NCBI GenBank assembly: GCA_934131005.1
Contig: CAKOYV010000001.1
Span: 79,868-143,867, forward strand
DNA: 64,000 nt
From: an uncultured Bacilli bacterium
GTDB lineage: Bacteria; Bacillota_I; Bacilli_A; RF39; UBA660
Reading direction: 5' to 3'
Under the pieces are notes generated by a model. It was not told the origin of the DNA, ran no database searches, and was given only the letters and a program-made list of their open reading frames with translations. Made by a program: the position numbers and the translations under genes. Shown here one piece after another: positions 9,706 through 21,076 of this stretch. How positions within the stretch are numbered: the stretch's first letter is position 1; every line of letters starts with the position of its first letter.

Positions 9706-12144
9706 TTATTTTTTTAAAACTTGCACATCTTTAGTACTTTGTAACCTATTTTCTACATAATCTAAACATCTATCATACTCATGCTTTGCCCTCTCATCAT
9801 AAGGAAGTACACAAGATGTGATAGTATTATCATTATTAAGTGCGATAAACCAATCATTATTACCAACAATATAACTAGTATCATCAACATTTATACTCTC
9901 ATAATACTCTTGTCTAAATTTAACTTCCTCTTTATCTAATCCCAAATAATTAATATTAGCATAATTTATTGCATTAACTATAAGACTAATTCTCTCTCTA
10001 TCACTCTCATTAGAGCTATCATATATATAAGGCTTAACTCTTTTTTGATAAAAATTATCACCACAATCCTCATAACTTATCTCCTTAGCACTACTACCCT
10101 TAGATACAATATAATTAGTAACTTCCTTCTTCATATAATCAGAATAAATAGTAGTATTAAGCGGTATAAATTTATCGAATACTATCTTATCATAACCTCT
10201 AAGCGCCATAAATGACTTAGCATGCATATCTGTAATTGTAACATAATCAATAGAATTATTATTATCAGAAGTCCAAACATCACCAATAGAAGAAATCACA
10301 TCCATTATCTTATTAAATTCATCTAAATCATCTATTTTAGGAGAAATACCATTAATATTAACCATATTACCTGTCCTAACACAAGGAAGTATATACTTAT
10401 TACTACCATGCCTTATAATAAGTATACTAGCATCATGATTAGTCAAACAATAACGGAAAAATTCTTCTCCTGGTCCACCAACTTTAAAACAATCCCCACC
10501 ATCAGGCCCTACTGCTAATAATTCTTCAGATGAAAAATTAGGAATTTCATATAAAACATCACCAATTTTACCACTAATAGTAGGAATCGAACTAGAAACC
10601 TTACGTTTTCTCTCTTTATGTAAATCTAAAACACGCCTAACAATAACTTCTAAAGGCTCACTAAGAAACTGACGTGAATTTAATATTTTAGATAATGTAT
10701 TTAAAGTAATATCTAACTCATCAGGTTTTAAATTATAAAGTAAAACTTTAGAAAAATCAATCAAATCTAACAAAGAAGCACTTGATAAATCAATATTTCT
10801 TAATTTATCAAAATTATTAATAACATTATAAACCTCATCATTAAGACCAAGTGCTTGTTTATTAAAAATCATTCTCATTAAACAATCATTATTCCTTTTA
10901 TAATTACCAAGCAACAACTTCGTTAAATCCCTATTCTCAATAACTTGCCCATTCTTACTTAAATCACATTTAATATCTACCCTAATAAATTTATCATAAA
11001 GCTCCCGAACACTAAGTGGCTTCTCTCTCTTAATACTATCATAATACATACTATTCTTAAGAATTTCCTTTTTCATACAAGAAATTTCTCGCTTCTTTAT
11101 CTCAGCCATAATAGTCTCTCTAACAAACTCTAACAACTCATCATAATTATAAAACTCTGGCAAAGATTTCTTTAATTTATCAAAAAATTTCTTAACATAC
11201 TCTAAATCATTACTCTTACAAATATTAAAAAGTATCTCATAATTATCCATAGAAACACTTTCTACCACTTCATTTTCCATTCCATGATAATAAAACTTAT
11301 CTTGATTCTTTAGCCTATAATCTCGTCTATCATCCAAAGCAAGCTCACAACTAGCCCGATTAATAGAAGCCTTAGTAGAATAAGTATAAAAATCCTCTAT
11401 TATTTTCTTACTATTATCATATCCAAAAATAGTATATAACTTAATAGCCGTTAAAAATAATTCCTTATTGCTACATTCTCCCTCTTTATCCATCAAAAAG
11501 CCTATTAAATTATTTACATGTTTTCTATTAATATCTACTAATAAATTATAATCCAAATAAACATCATCATCAAAATATAAATAATTACTTTGATTACGTT
11601 TAACCTCAACTAAAATATTAAATTTACTATAAATAAACAATTCATATTTATTCTTAATTTTACACAAATAAACATCATTATATAAAGAATTATTCTTAAT
11701 CAAAGATTCTAAATAATCAGAAACCTTAAATTTATCTATTTCTCTATCATCACCCATAAAATCAAAATTATACTTCTTAACTAACTCATCAAACTTATCA
11801 TAACTAATTTTTTTAAAATAATTACTAAGCATCTCTTTTCCCGGTACCGAAGAAGATAAATAAGGGCTCTTAAAAATATAATCTAAAACAGAATTATCCA
11901 AAAGTTCTAACAAAAGCTTACCTCTTACATTATTAGGAATCATCATTACTCTAGAAAATAAAATCTCATCATCTAAAATAACCTTCTTTATCTCAAAAGA
12001 AGCATTTAAAAATAATAAATTTAACTTATCTAAACTAATGTCCCTAATAGAATCTAGGGCATCCATAAATTCTTCCAAACTAATATTTCTAAAATATTTA
12101 ATTAAATCAACTATTGAAAATTCTTTAATATCCATAACTATCAC
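9706..12144 (-). CDS. Large hypothetical protein (812 aa), start abuts the tadA stop
   Basis: Long uninterrupted ORF in a 28%-GC genome; its start codon directly follows the tadA stop (12144/12145); no recognisable motifs. Confidence 0.4.
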   Translation of the reverse strand: MIVMDIKEFSIVDLIKYFRNISLEEFMDALDSIRDISLDKLNLLFLNASFEIKKVILDDEILFSRVMMIPNNVRGKLLLELLDNSVLDYIFKSPYLSSSVPGKEMLSNYFKKISYDKFDELVKKYNFDFMGDDREIDKFKVSDYLESLIKNNSLYNDVYLCKIKNKYELFIYSKFNILVEVKRNQSNYLYFDDDVYLDYNLLVDINRKHVNNLIGFLMDKEGECSNKELFLTAIKLYTIFGYDNSKKIIEDFYTYSTKASINRASCELALDDRRDYRLKNQDKFYYHGMENEVVESVSMDNYEILFNICKSNDLEYVKKFFDKLKKSLPEFYNYDELLEFVRETIMAEIKKREISCMKKEILKNSMYYDSIKREKPLSVRELYDKFIRVDIKCDLSKNGQVIENRDLTKLLLGNYKRNNDCLMRMIFNKQALGLNDEVYNVINNFDKLRNIDLSSASLLDLIDFSKVLLYNLKPDELDITLNTLSKILNSRQFLSEPLEVIVRRVLDLHKERKRKVSSSIPTISGKIGDVLYEIPNFSSEELLAVGPDGGDCFKVGGPGEEFFRYCLTNHDASILIIRHGSNKYILPCVRTGNMVNINGISPKIDDLDEFNKIMDVISSIGDVWTSDNNNSIDYVTITDMHAKSFMALRGYDKIVFDKFIPLNTTIYSDYMKKEVTNYIVSKGSSAKEISYEDCGDNFYQKRVKPYIYDSSNESDRERISLIVNAINYANINYLGLDKEEVKFRQEYYESINVDDTSYIVGNNDWFIALNNDNTITSCVLPYDERAKHEYDRCLDYVENRLQSTKDVQVLKK

Positions 12145-12567
12145 CTATCTTTGTTTTTGAAAAAAGCAACTTAATATACTAGCACATTCACTCGCAAGTA
12201 CACCACCTATTACCTCTATCTTACTATTTTCTAATTTACTTAAATAACCAAAAGCTTCATTTTTAGCACCATACACTACTTTAGATATTCTTGATTGAAT
12301 AATAGCTCCTGTACACATCATACAAGGCTCAACCGTCGTATAAAGTACACATTCATCTAAACGCCAAGTATCTAAATAACGGCATGCAGCATTAATTGCC
12401 AATACCTCAGCATGAGCAGTAGCAATCTTATCTTTCTCTTTTCTATTATAACAAGCTGCTATCACCTTATCACGCCAAACTACTATAGCTCCAATAGGCA
12501 CCTCATCTATTAAAACTGCCCGCCTTGCCTCCTTTATAGCCAAGTTCATATAATAAACATCACTCAT
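12145..12567 (-). CDS. tadA: tRNA-specific adenosine deaminase
   Basis: HAEVLAI and PCMMCTGAI (CDA zinc-binding) motifs; 140 aa. Confidence 0.85.
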   Translation of the reverse strand: MSDVYYMNLAIKEARRAVLIDEVPIGAIVVWRDKVIAACYNRKEKDKIATAHAEVLAINAACRYLDTWRLDECVLYTTVEPCMMCTGAIIQSRISKVVYGAKNEAFGYLSKLENSKIEVIGGVLASECASILSCFFQKQR

Positions 12568-12673
12568 ACACTCAACTCCATTACTTCTATTATAACAAAA
12601 AACTTAGAAAAAATCTCTATCTATAAATTTTTCTTAAAAGAAAAAAACAACCTAAATAAAAGTTGCCTCTATA

Positions 12674-13573
12674 TTATCTTTGTTTTTTCAACTTAAATAC
12701 CTTCATATTAGCTTTACCAATTTGATCATAAGTAATATCTCCCAAATAATCACCTGGATTCATATTCTCCTTATTAGAAACCAAAGAACTAAAACATTCC
12801 ATAAGATTATGATTAATACCAATACTTTCCAAATAATTTAAATATTCATAAAATTCATCTAAATTAGATCCATTAATTTTATTATATTTTGAAAAGTATT
12901 GTAATATCATCATCGTATAACAATACAAATCAGTATTTCTATCAGCTTCTACATAAGCTCTAGTATAATTAGTTTTATCATCACCAATAATTTTATACTT
13001 ACCTGAAACATTATTAAGAAGTGCCTTAGGATTCAAAAATTTAGATGCAAAAAATGTATCATTACCTATTCTACAACTATCCAAATCAATAACACTAACC
13101 TCACCATTAATTGGATTAACCATAAAATTACTCTCATGCAAATCATTTATATAAAATTTTCGAACCTCTGGATTTTTTCTAATATAATCCAACTGATGGA
13201 GAATTTCTCCAACTTTTTTTAAATAATATATCTGCATCATAGCATCAACTTTATTATCATTTAAAAGAACATTAAGATTAACTCCATCATTTTTAGGCAA
13301 AGTAAACCCAATAATTTTGCCTCCAACCACTACCAAATTATCTGGCAAATAAAAACTTCTTGGAAATAGATGACGATATTCATCTAATCTTTCTAAAGTA
13401 TATAACTTATTAGCAAGCCTAGATCCATCCTTATCATAAAGTTCCTTTAACACCTTATCTTCTCCTCTATAATGATAATTATAAATTTTACCTTCCGTAT
13501 TCCAAATATTTTTATCCAAATCCATTAAATTTAATTTAGAAAACTTACTATTAGTTAAAGATATAACATTCAC
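12674..13573 (-). CDS. Protein-kinase-like fold protein (CotS/APH-like)
   Basis: Catalytic-loop-like INDLHESNFMV and VIDLDSCRIG (HxDLHxxN ... IDxD). Confidence 0.4.
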   Translation of the reverse strand: MNVISLTNSKFSKLNLMDLDKNIWNTEGKIYNYHYRGEDKVLKELYDKDGSRLANKLYTLERLDEYRHLFPRSFYLPDNLVVVGGKIIGFTLPKNDGVNLNVLLNDNKVDAMMQIYYLKKVGEILHQLDYIRKNPEVRKFYINDLHESNFMVNPINGEVSVIDLDSCRIGNDTFFASKFLNPKALLNNVSGKYKIIGDDKTNYTRAYVEADRNTDLYCYTMMILQYFSKYNKINGSNLDEFYEYLNYLESIGINHNLMECFSSLVSNKENMNPGDYLGDITYDQIGKANMKVFKLKKQR

Positions 13574-13645
13574 AGTATCACCCCTAATGGTTAAGTATTA
13601 TAACACATAACCCGCAAGTTAGCAACTAGTAAAAAAGAAACTAAA

Positions 13646-15796
13646 TTATTTTTTAGCTTCCCTTTTCTTATCTGCTACTAAAACATCACGACGTGACAAA
13701 TTCAACTTACCTTTCTTATCATAGCCTGTAGCCTTAACTAAAATCTCATCACCAACACTAACAACATCGCTAGTTTTTCCAACACGCTTAACATCAAGTT
13801 GTGAGATATGAACAAGCCCTTCACAACCAGGCCATAACTCTACAAAAGCACCAAAGTCTTGAACTGAAGTAACCTTAACTTTATAAGTTTTACCTATCTC
13901 AACCTCACGAGCAACATCTTCAATCATCTTAATTGTTTTTCGAATAATTTCAGGATCCGTATGATAAACAATTACTCGTCCATCATCCTCTAAATCAACC
14001 TTAACAGCATCTTTATCTTGAACTGTCTTAACATGAGAAGCTTCTAAAATAATCTTCGTAATCATCTCTCCACCACGTCCAATAACGTCCTTAATCTTTT
14101 CTGGATTAATTGTTATTGTCTCTATCTTTGGTGCATACTTAGACAATTCAGTTCTAGGCACTTCAATGCACTCAGCCATAACATCTAATATTTGCATTCT
14201 AGCCTTTTTAGCTTGTGCCAAAGACTCCTCTAAAATCTCTCTAGTAACACCCTTAATCTTAATATCCATCTGCATTGCACAAATACCTTCTCTAGTACCT
14301 GCAACCTTAAAATCCATATCTCCCATATGATCTTCTAATCCTTGAATATCTGTAAGAATAGTATACTTATCTCCCTTAGTAATTAAACCCATAGCAATTC
14401 CTGCAACTGGAGCCTTAATAGGAACACCTGCTGCCATCAAAGATAAACATCCCGCACAAATAGATGCCTGACTACTAGAACCATTACTTTCCAAAACATC
14501 ACTAACAACACGAATTGTATATGGAAATTCTTCCTCACTAGGAATAACTTGAGCCAAAGCTCTCTCTCCCAAAGCCCCATGACCAATCTCACGACGACCA
14601 GGAGCCCCATATCGACCAGTCTCTCCTACACAAAAAGCTGGAAAATTATAATGATGCATAAATCTCTTTTCATCTTCAATACCTAAACCATCCAAAATTT
14701 GATGTTCTCCCAAAGCTCCCAATGTTGTCGTAGATAAAACTTGCGTTTGCCCTCTAGTAAACAAACCTGAACCATGAGTTCTTGCTAAAATATCAATCTC
14801 AGCCGAAAGAGGTCTTATCTCATCCATCTCTCGACCATCAGGTCTTATATGTTCATCAATAATCAAATTTCTAACACAATCAGCTTCAATATTATCACAA
14901 ACACTCTTAACATCCTTCAAAATGTCTGATAAATTGTCATCATCTTGATACTTATCTTCAAAATATTTTATTGTATTTTCTTTTATCTCATCAATTTTCG
15001 CATATTTTTCTAATTTATCCTTAATTTTAATCGCATCAAGCATATCATTACCTATATGATTTTGAACTTCTAAAACAAGTTCTTGTGGAATAGATTTTAA
15101 AACAACTTCAATTTTTTCACGGCCCACTTCCTTAACAATTTCTTCTTGAAAAGAAACTAGCTCACGAATAGCCTCATGTCCAAACATTAAAGCATCTATC
15201 ATTAACTCTTCACTAACTTCACTCGCTCCAGCTTCAACCATATTAATAGCATCTTTCGTACCAGCTACTGATAAATTAATATCACTACGTTCTAACTCAT
15301 CACAACTAGGATTGATAATAAATTTACCATCAACATGCCCAACAACAACCCCAGCAACTGGACCATCAAATGGAATATCACTTATCATTAAAGATAAAGA
15401 TGAACCAAACAACGCTGTCATCTCTGGCGTACAATCTTGATCAACTGACATAACAGTATTAACAACTTGAACTTCATTTCTAAAACCATCAGCAAACAAA
15501 GGCCTAATAGGTCTATCTATCAATCTAGCAGCCAAAATAGCCTGTTCCGTAGGACGTCCCTCTCTTTTTATAAAACCTCCCGGAATCTTACCAACAGAAT
15601 ATAATTTTTCTTGATAATTTATTGTAAGAGGAAAAAAGTCAGCAGAAGTAGTATTTTTACTCATGACACTAGCCGTTAATATAGCCGTATCATTATATCT
15701 AACCAAACATGCAGCATTAGCTTGCTTAGCAAGTCGTCCTACCTCAACAACAATCTTTCTACCTCTAAAATCTAATTCAAACTTTCTCTCTTCCAT
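13646..15796 (-). CDS. pnp: Polynucleotide phosphorylase
   Basis: Two RNase PH domains, KH and S1 domains. Likely start is the ATG at 15796 ([10 protein letters not shown]) preceded by AGGAGAGGA; the upstream ATG at 15820 lies in the rpsO terminator hairpin. Confidence 0.9.
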   Translation of the reverse strand: MEERKFELDFRGRKIVVEVGRLAKQANAACLVRYNDTAILTASVMSKNTTSADFFPLTINYQEKLYSVGKIPGGFIKREGRPTEQAILAARLIDRPIRPLFADGFRNEVQVVNTVMSVDQDCTPEMTALFGSSLSLMISDIPFDGPVAGVVVGHVDGKFIINPSCDELERSDINLSVAGTKDAINMVEAGASEVSEELMIDALMFGHEAIRELVSFQEEIVKEVGREKIEVVLKSIPQELVLEVQNHIGNDMLDAIKIKDKLEKYAKIDEIKENTIKYFEDKYQDDDNLSDILKDVKSVCDNIEADCVRNLIIDEHIRPDGREMDEIRPLSAEIDILARTHGSGLFTRGQTQVLSTTTLGALGEHQILDGLGIEDEKRFMHHYNFPAFCVGETGRYGAPGRREIGHGALGERALAQVIPSEEEFPYTIRVVSDVLESNGSSSQASICAGCLSLMAAGVPIKAPVAGIAMGLITKGDKYTILTDIQGLEDHMGDMDFKVAGTREGICAMQMDIKIKGVTREILEESLAQAKKARMQILDVMAECIEVPRTELSKYAPKIETITINPEKIKDVIGRGGEMITKIILEASHVKTVQDKDAVKVDLEDDGRVIVYHTDPEIIRKTIKMIEDVAREVEIGKTYKVKVTSVQDFGAFVELWPGCEGLVHISQLDVKRVGKTSDVVSVGDEILVKATGYDKKGKLNLSRRDVLVADKKREAKK

Positions 15797-15814
15797 ATGT
15801 CCTCTCCTAAATAA

Positions 15815-15837
15815 AGACACTCGAAAATTGAGTGTCT
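15815..15837 (-). terminator. rpsO terminator / pnp leader hairpin
   Basis: AGACACTC-N7-GAGTGTCT followed by a U-rich run on the minus strand, between the rpsO stop and the pnp SD. Confidence 0.5.
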
Positions 15838-15854
15838 ACTGTATATATTTATAA

Positions 15855-16124
15855 TTATTTTCTTAAACCTAATTTATTAACTACATCTCTATATCTCTTA
15901 ACATCATTTTCTTTTAAGTAGTTAAGTAAGCTTCTTCTCTTACCAACTTTCATTAAAAGACCATGTTTAGAATGCTTATCTTGTTTATTGTTTTTTAAGT
16001 GTTCAGTTAAAGCATTAATCTCTGCAGTTAGAATAGCAACTTGAACCTCTGGAGAACCAGTATCCTTCTCATCTCTTGCATATTCTTTAATAATCTTAGT
16101 TTTAACTTCTTTCTTTAAAGCCAT
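15855..16124 (-). CDS. rpsO: 30S ribosomal protein S15
   Basis: 89 aa; [22 protein letters not shown]...[10 protein letters not shown]. Confidence 0.9.
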   Translation of the reverse strand: MALKKEVKTKIIKEYARDEKDTGSPEVQVAILTAEINALTEHLKNNKQDKHSKHGLLMKVGKRRSLLNYLKENDVKRYRDVVNKLGLRK

Positions 16125-16345
16125 TTATTATTACCTCCTTTATTTCTTGCAACCATTTACCTAGCATTATGTAAGAGGTACAAAAACACCAAGTAAAAGG
16201 AACAAATTAATTGTAATATATTTAAGAAATATTTGCAAGTCTTTTTCATAAGATTTATTATATTTGTTGATTGAAAAGTTAAATGGAACAGTAAAAATTA
16301 CAATGTTCCATTTAATTTTGCATATATATTAAATTTTCTTAATTA

Positions 16346-16831
16346 TTATAAATTAAATAAATATAAATTCTCTTTATATTCCATATTATCAAGTTTAAAA
16401 CAACAAGTGTCAATCTGTTTACCACCACATTTTTCATAAAATTTAGTTGCGGAATTTTCTTGTAGAGTACTAATTAAAACATTATCATAAATACCTTTAA
16501 GTTTGGTAAATGAATATTCAAGCAACTTTCTTCCAATACCTCTTTTTTGATATTGAGAGTCTATATATAAAGCATACACTTCTGCATATTTTTCATTATA
16601 GCCTTTTTTGTTTTTTCCACATCTAAGGAAGCCAACCACTTTATTTTCTATCTCACAAACTATGTACTCATTTATTTTATTTTTGCACTTTTCTATACTT
16701 TCTGATTTTTTTTGTTCTAATTTTTCCAAAAATTCATTTGGAAATATCCCATGATAAGTTTTTACCCAACCATTAATATTAATATTTACTATACTTTCCG
16801 CATCTTGTTCTTTTGCTTCTCTAATTATCAT
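16346..16831 (-). CDS. GNAT-family N-acetyltransferase
   Basis: QKRGIGRKLLEY acetyl-CoA-binding motif. Confidence 0.7.
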   Translation of the reverse strand: MIIREAKEQDAESIVNININGWVKTYHGIFPNEFLEKLEQKKSESIEKCKNKINEYIVCEIENKVVGFLRCGKNKKGYNEKYAEVYALYIDSQYQKRGIGRKLLEYSFTKLKGIYDNVLISTLQENSATKFYEKCGGKQIDTCCFKLDNMEYKENLYLFNL

Positions 16832-17157
16832 AATATTCTCCCTTCAACAATTCTAACAAATTTTTAATTTCTGTCAGATTTTTTTTAAATTTTTCTTTCG
16901 AGTTTGATTTACTCAATACAAAAAAATTATATGCTAACACTTTTAATCCAATCATAAGTAAGCAACCTTTATAATCTAAATAAAAATTATTAGATTTTTT
17001 ATTATATATTTCTATATACTTCTCTAAATTATGTTTTTTTATTAATTGCTCGGAAATCGTATTTATACTATATGTCCTTTTAACTATTGTATCAACAAAA
17101 TCAACATATATTGACCCTTTTACAGAAAAATCAAAATCTATTATACATACATCATTA

Positions 17158-17451
17158 TTATGTTGGTGATAATGGAACAGCTTTTATAGGCCAATTGCCT
17201 TTATATATGTCAAAAATTTTCTTTACTGCTTCTTCACTAACTTTTTTTCCTTTATAATTATTTAGAACAAACATTTCACTTATTTCGTAATTATTTTCTG
17301 AATTGTCGTCTACTAATACAAATTCTAAAATATCATTGCCTGATTTAATAAAATATGCATAATCATTATCAAAATATTTATTCAAATCATATTCACATAC
17401 TTTTGAGTCAAAAGTAATTGGAAAATATAAACTTAAATCATGTAAATACAA
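17158..17451 (-). pseudogene. Short GNAT-like ORF with TTG start; possible remnant. The ORF-free 16860-17157 region carries an APH/kinase-like remnant (..IIDFDFS..).
   Basis: GNAT-like C-terminal pattern (FVLNNYKGKK) but only 97 aa, no ATG and no SD. Confidence 0.25.
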
Positions 17452-17690
17452 TTATAATAATTTTTCTTAATTTGTCCTTTCACTAGATGTTACTTTTTCT
17501 ACACTAATATCCATTTTTCCCTCCTCATTTTTTAGTGCTTCATTATTTTAATAAAAAAAGGGGGGACACAAAACAAGGTCCTCCTCCTCCAAAAATATTA
17601 ATAATAAAACACTAATTGAATTTAATTGAGATTTATTTTACCATTTTTTTCAACTATGTCAATATTTTTAATCTAAACTATAACTTACCT

Positions 17691-19665
17691 TCAAGATTTA
17701 ACAATAATATTACTACTACTAACTCCCGTAAAATTCTTATCAAGTATCCAATTCTTCTCAACTTCAGACTTAACATAAATAGTAGGTGTTTTTTTAGTTT
17801 TTATAAAATCATTATATGAATTAACTGTATTAAAATCAAAACCTGTTAAATCTAAAACTAAATTATCACTTTCATACCCTGTTCCACTAAACATATATGT
17901 TACATCAGTAACATTTGAAGTATCAAACTTATCATTCAATTTTAAAGAGAAATTTTCACTATTAAATCCTGTTTGGAAAAACATCCATCGCATTTTTGTG
18001 ACATTAGAAGTATCAAATTTATCACCTAAATCAAAAGTAAAATTACGACTAGAATAACCAACTTCCTTAAACATATACTCCATATTTGTAACATTAGAGG
18101 TATCAAATTTATCTCCCAAATCAAGTGTAAAATTAGAAGAATTTTTCCCAACATTTGCAAACATATTAGCCATATTTTTTACATTTGAAGTATTAAACTT
18201 ATCTCCTAAATTTAGTTGAAAAACCTTACTATTAGTACCACAGCCGCTAAACATCCCCCACATATCAGTGACATTAGATGTATCAAACTTACTTCCTAAA
18301 TCTAGAGAAAAAACTTCACTATTAGTACCACAACCATTAAAAAAATAAAACATATTTATCACATTATGTGTATCAAATTTATCTCCCAAATTAAGAGTAA
18401 AATTTTTAGCATTATTCCCTGTTCCAGCAAACATTCTCTCCATATTTGTTACACTAGATGTATCAAATCTATCACCCAAATCTAAAGTAAATACATCACT
18501 TACATTGCCAGTCGACCAAAACATCATATCCATATTTTTTACATTTTTAGTATTAAATTTATCACCTAAATCCAAAGTAAAAACAGAATCATTCTTACCA
18601 GTATTATAAAACATACCATTCATATAAATAACATTTCTTGTATCAAACTTATTACCTAGATTAAGAACAAAAACTGAACTACTACTTCCTAATTCTCTAA
18701 ACATATCTCTCATAGTTGTAGTTTGAATTGTATTTAAATTATCAAAAGATATACTATCTACCTTTGTCATATTTTGAAAAAATTTAGATAAATCTTTAGC
18801 ATATATTTCCTTCTTACTTCCTATATATAAATCATAATATCCATCACTACTATTATTATTAAGCCATGCTACTATACTATTATCCCCTAACTCTGATGCA
18901 TCCCACTGTACAACAGCATTACTTGTATCTATATAATCAACAAATGAAACATTCTTAATCTTTTCTCTATATTCATCACTTCTAAAAGTATCAGCACTTA
19001 TATTTTTCATATAATTAAACTCTCCAACCGTAGAAGTTACACCCGTTCCATTTGATGAAGAGAAATCAATCGTTGCATTATATTTTCCTGTATCTGGTTG
19101 ATTTTTATCTACTTCATCTATCCAAATAACCATATAATAAGTCTTTGATGCTCCCTTTCTCAAAGTTAAATCACTATCAAATCTAGCATCATCTAAACTA
19201 GCATAATGACTACTATACTTACCATAAGTATTTTTATCTTGAATAAGTCGCCATTTCAAGTTTGGCATTTTATCTATATTTCCAAAAGTTATAGTACCAT
19301 TTATTTTAACAGTAGCTGTCCCCGTATTAGTTATTTTAATAGAGTAAACTTGACAAACCGTATTATTATTATCATCAACACAATTATAATTACTAGAAAT
19401 GGCCGTTGCTAAGCCTTTTTCTAATTGAGGTACTAAATACTCTTCATTATTTGGATGTTGATTAACAACCTCTAAAGATAAATCAGCCTCTCCAGCAGTA
19501 CCGGCAATACTATTATTACTAGCTGTTAAGGCATAATAAGCATACGTTCCACCAGTTATCAACAACGCATAACAAAATATCCCTATAATTATTAAGCTAA
19601 CTCTCTTTAGTTTAAGACTTTTGACCCCCCCCCGAATTAACTTTTAGTTTATAATCATTCATCAT
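17691..19665 (-). CDS. Surface protein: SipW-type signal peptide + TasA-like domain + DUF285 repeats; annotated ATG (19665) is frameshifted relative to the body by the G9 tract
   Basis: About nine roughly 22-aa repeats LxLGDKFDTSNVTxMxxMF (DUF285-type). N-terminus GGTYAYYALTASNN...CVDDNNNTVCQVYSIKITN parallels the tandem paralogs at 22889-27800. GAGGT-N6-ATG ATG AAT GAT TAT AAA CTA AAA GTT AAT TC-G9-TCAAAAGTC; the signal-peptide frame begins after the tract. Confidence 0.6.
19625..19633. repeat. Homopolymer C9 (G9 on coding strand) in codons 11-14 of the DUF285 gene
   Basis: With G9 the ATG frame terminates after 17 codons (MMNDYKLKVNSGGGQKS*); G8 would fuse the ATG to the signal peptide and full ORF. 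Confidence 0.9.
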
Positions 19666-19756
19666 AAGTATACCTCTATTCCACTTATTTTCTTACCATA
19701 ATAATACCACATTTTACCAAAAATTAAAAATGTATTTCTCACTTTCTAAAAATAAA

Positions 19757-20962
19757 TTATTTCTTTTTCTTACGCTTTTTTTTCTTTCTACTCTTACTAC
19801 TAGAAATCATTTTTAACGAAATAAGCATCAAAATAATACTAATAGCAATAATACTATAAATAACTGGATGATAATATTTAAGATTTTCATTCAAATAAAC
19901 ATCATAACTAACTAAAAGCTTATCATTATATTTAACATCAACAACCCCTAATTTATCACCTTTCTTATTCTTATAATTAATCTCTTCAAGTCCCTTATAA
20001 TCATAACTAAGATCATCAGTACTAATACTCTTTTTCAAATACTTACTAACATCCTTATCACTCTTAGCCTCATAAATTTTCTTCTTTCCCCATTTAACTT
20101 TAATTTTCTTAAGTAATTGCCCCTCTTTTATAACTTTTTTATAACCATAATTTTTATCATAATAATTATATATTTCTAACGAATCACGAACAGCGTTTGA
20201 TTTAACTGTAGGTGATGCCCCTAGAACCACTAACATATAATTAACATCACTATAATTAGCAATCGATGCCAAACATAAACCAGCACCATCAGTAAATCCA
20301 CTCTTAGCCCCTTTAATATTATCAACATTCATCGTTTTACCATAAGTAAGTAAAGTACTCTTTAAAGTCAAATTCAAACTAGCTATTTTATATCTTTTCG
20401 TTGTATAAACTTTCTTAAAAGTATCATTTTTTAAAGCATATGAAAGCAACTTACCTAAATCACTAGCCGTTGAATAATTATTCTTAGAATCCATTCCAAT
20501 AGGATTATCAAATTCCGTATCCTTAAGTCCTATCTTTTTAGCCTCTTCATTCATTAAACTAACAAACTTAGCCTTCCCCCCAAAAGCATTAATTGCAATA
20601 GCATTAACAGCATCAGCTCCACTAGGAAGAAGCACCCCATACAAAAGATCCATAATACTAACCTTATCTCCAACCTTAAAACCTGCCTGAGCATAATCTT
20701 CTATTCCCTTAAGCGTCCTATTATCAATAACAACCTGCTTATTCAAATCATCAGATTTCTCAATAGCAACAATTGCTGTCATAATCTTAGTTAAACTAGC
20801 AATCTCCACCTTTTCATTACTATTTTTCTCATATATTACTTCATTATCATTCATGTTGTATAAAATAACATTCTTACTAGTAATATCAAAATCTTGAGCC
20901 CAAACATTACAACTACCAACAAAAAAAATAAATAACATTAATAATATCTTATTCTTCTTCAT
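19757..20962 (-). CDS. D-alanyl-D-alanine carboxypeptidase (peptidase S11, DacB/DacF-like)
   Basis: Signal peptide, SLTK (SxxK) active-site motif, C-terminal TM anchor plus a poly-Lys tail. Confidence 0.8.
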   Translation of the reverse strand: MKKNKILLMLFIFFVGSCNVWAQDFDITSKNVILYNMNDNEVIYEKNSNEKVEIASLTKIMTAIVAIEKSDDLNKQVVIDNRTLKGIEDYAQAGFKVGDKVSIMDLLYGVLLPSGADAVNAIAINAFGGKAKFVSLMNEEAKKIGLKDTEFDNPIGMDSKNNYSTASDLGKLLSYALKNDTFKKVYTTKRYKIASLNLTLKSTLLTYGKTMNVDNIKGAKSGFTDGAGLCLASIANYSDVNYMLVVLGASPTVKSNAVRDSLEIYNYYDKNYGYKKVIKEGQLLKKIKVKWGKKKIYEAKSDKDVSKYLKKSISTDDLSYDYKGLEEINYKNKKGDKLGVVDVKYNDKLLVSYDVYLNENLKYYHPVIYSIIAISIILMLISLKMISSSKSRKKKKRKKKK

Positions 20963-21076
20963 ATAACCACTACCTTACTATTCCAATTAAGTATATCATG
21001 CTCTGAACAAGAAGTAAACCAAAGAACAACATTTACATAAGAAAAAAGCTACTAATCACACAATCAATTAGTAACT

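Noticed and set aside
15820-15854. First ATG of the pnp ORF (adds MSLFRRGH) and the antisense ORF 15663-15854
   Set aside because: The extension lies in the terminator hairpin without an SD, and the downstream ATG has AGGAGAGGA. The antisense ORF is spurious.
16832-17157. Possible kinase/APH-like coding remnant (..IIDFDFS..) on the minus strand
   Set aside because: No intact ORF or start. Mentioned under the 17158-17451 feature only.
17551-17590. G6 run followed by CCTCCTCCTCC downstream of the DUF285 gene
   Set aside because: It is intergenic (3' of one gene, near a doubtful TTG-start ORF). No frame or regulatory consequence could be established.
19625-19633. Considered whether the G9 tract is simply a Shine-Dalgarno element (as the G6 at 21788-21793 is for the glucosaminidase gene)
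   Set aside because: It lies about 60 nt from the nearest in-frame start candidate and inside an open frame that already has a good GAGGT-ATG upstream, so an RBS role does not fit. A frameshift or phase-variation role does.
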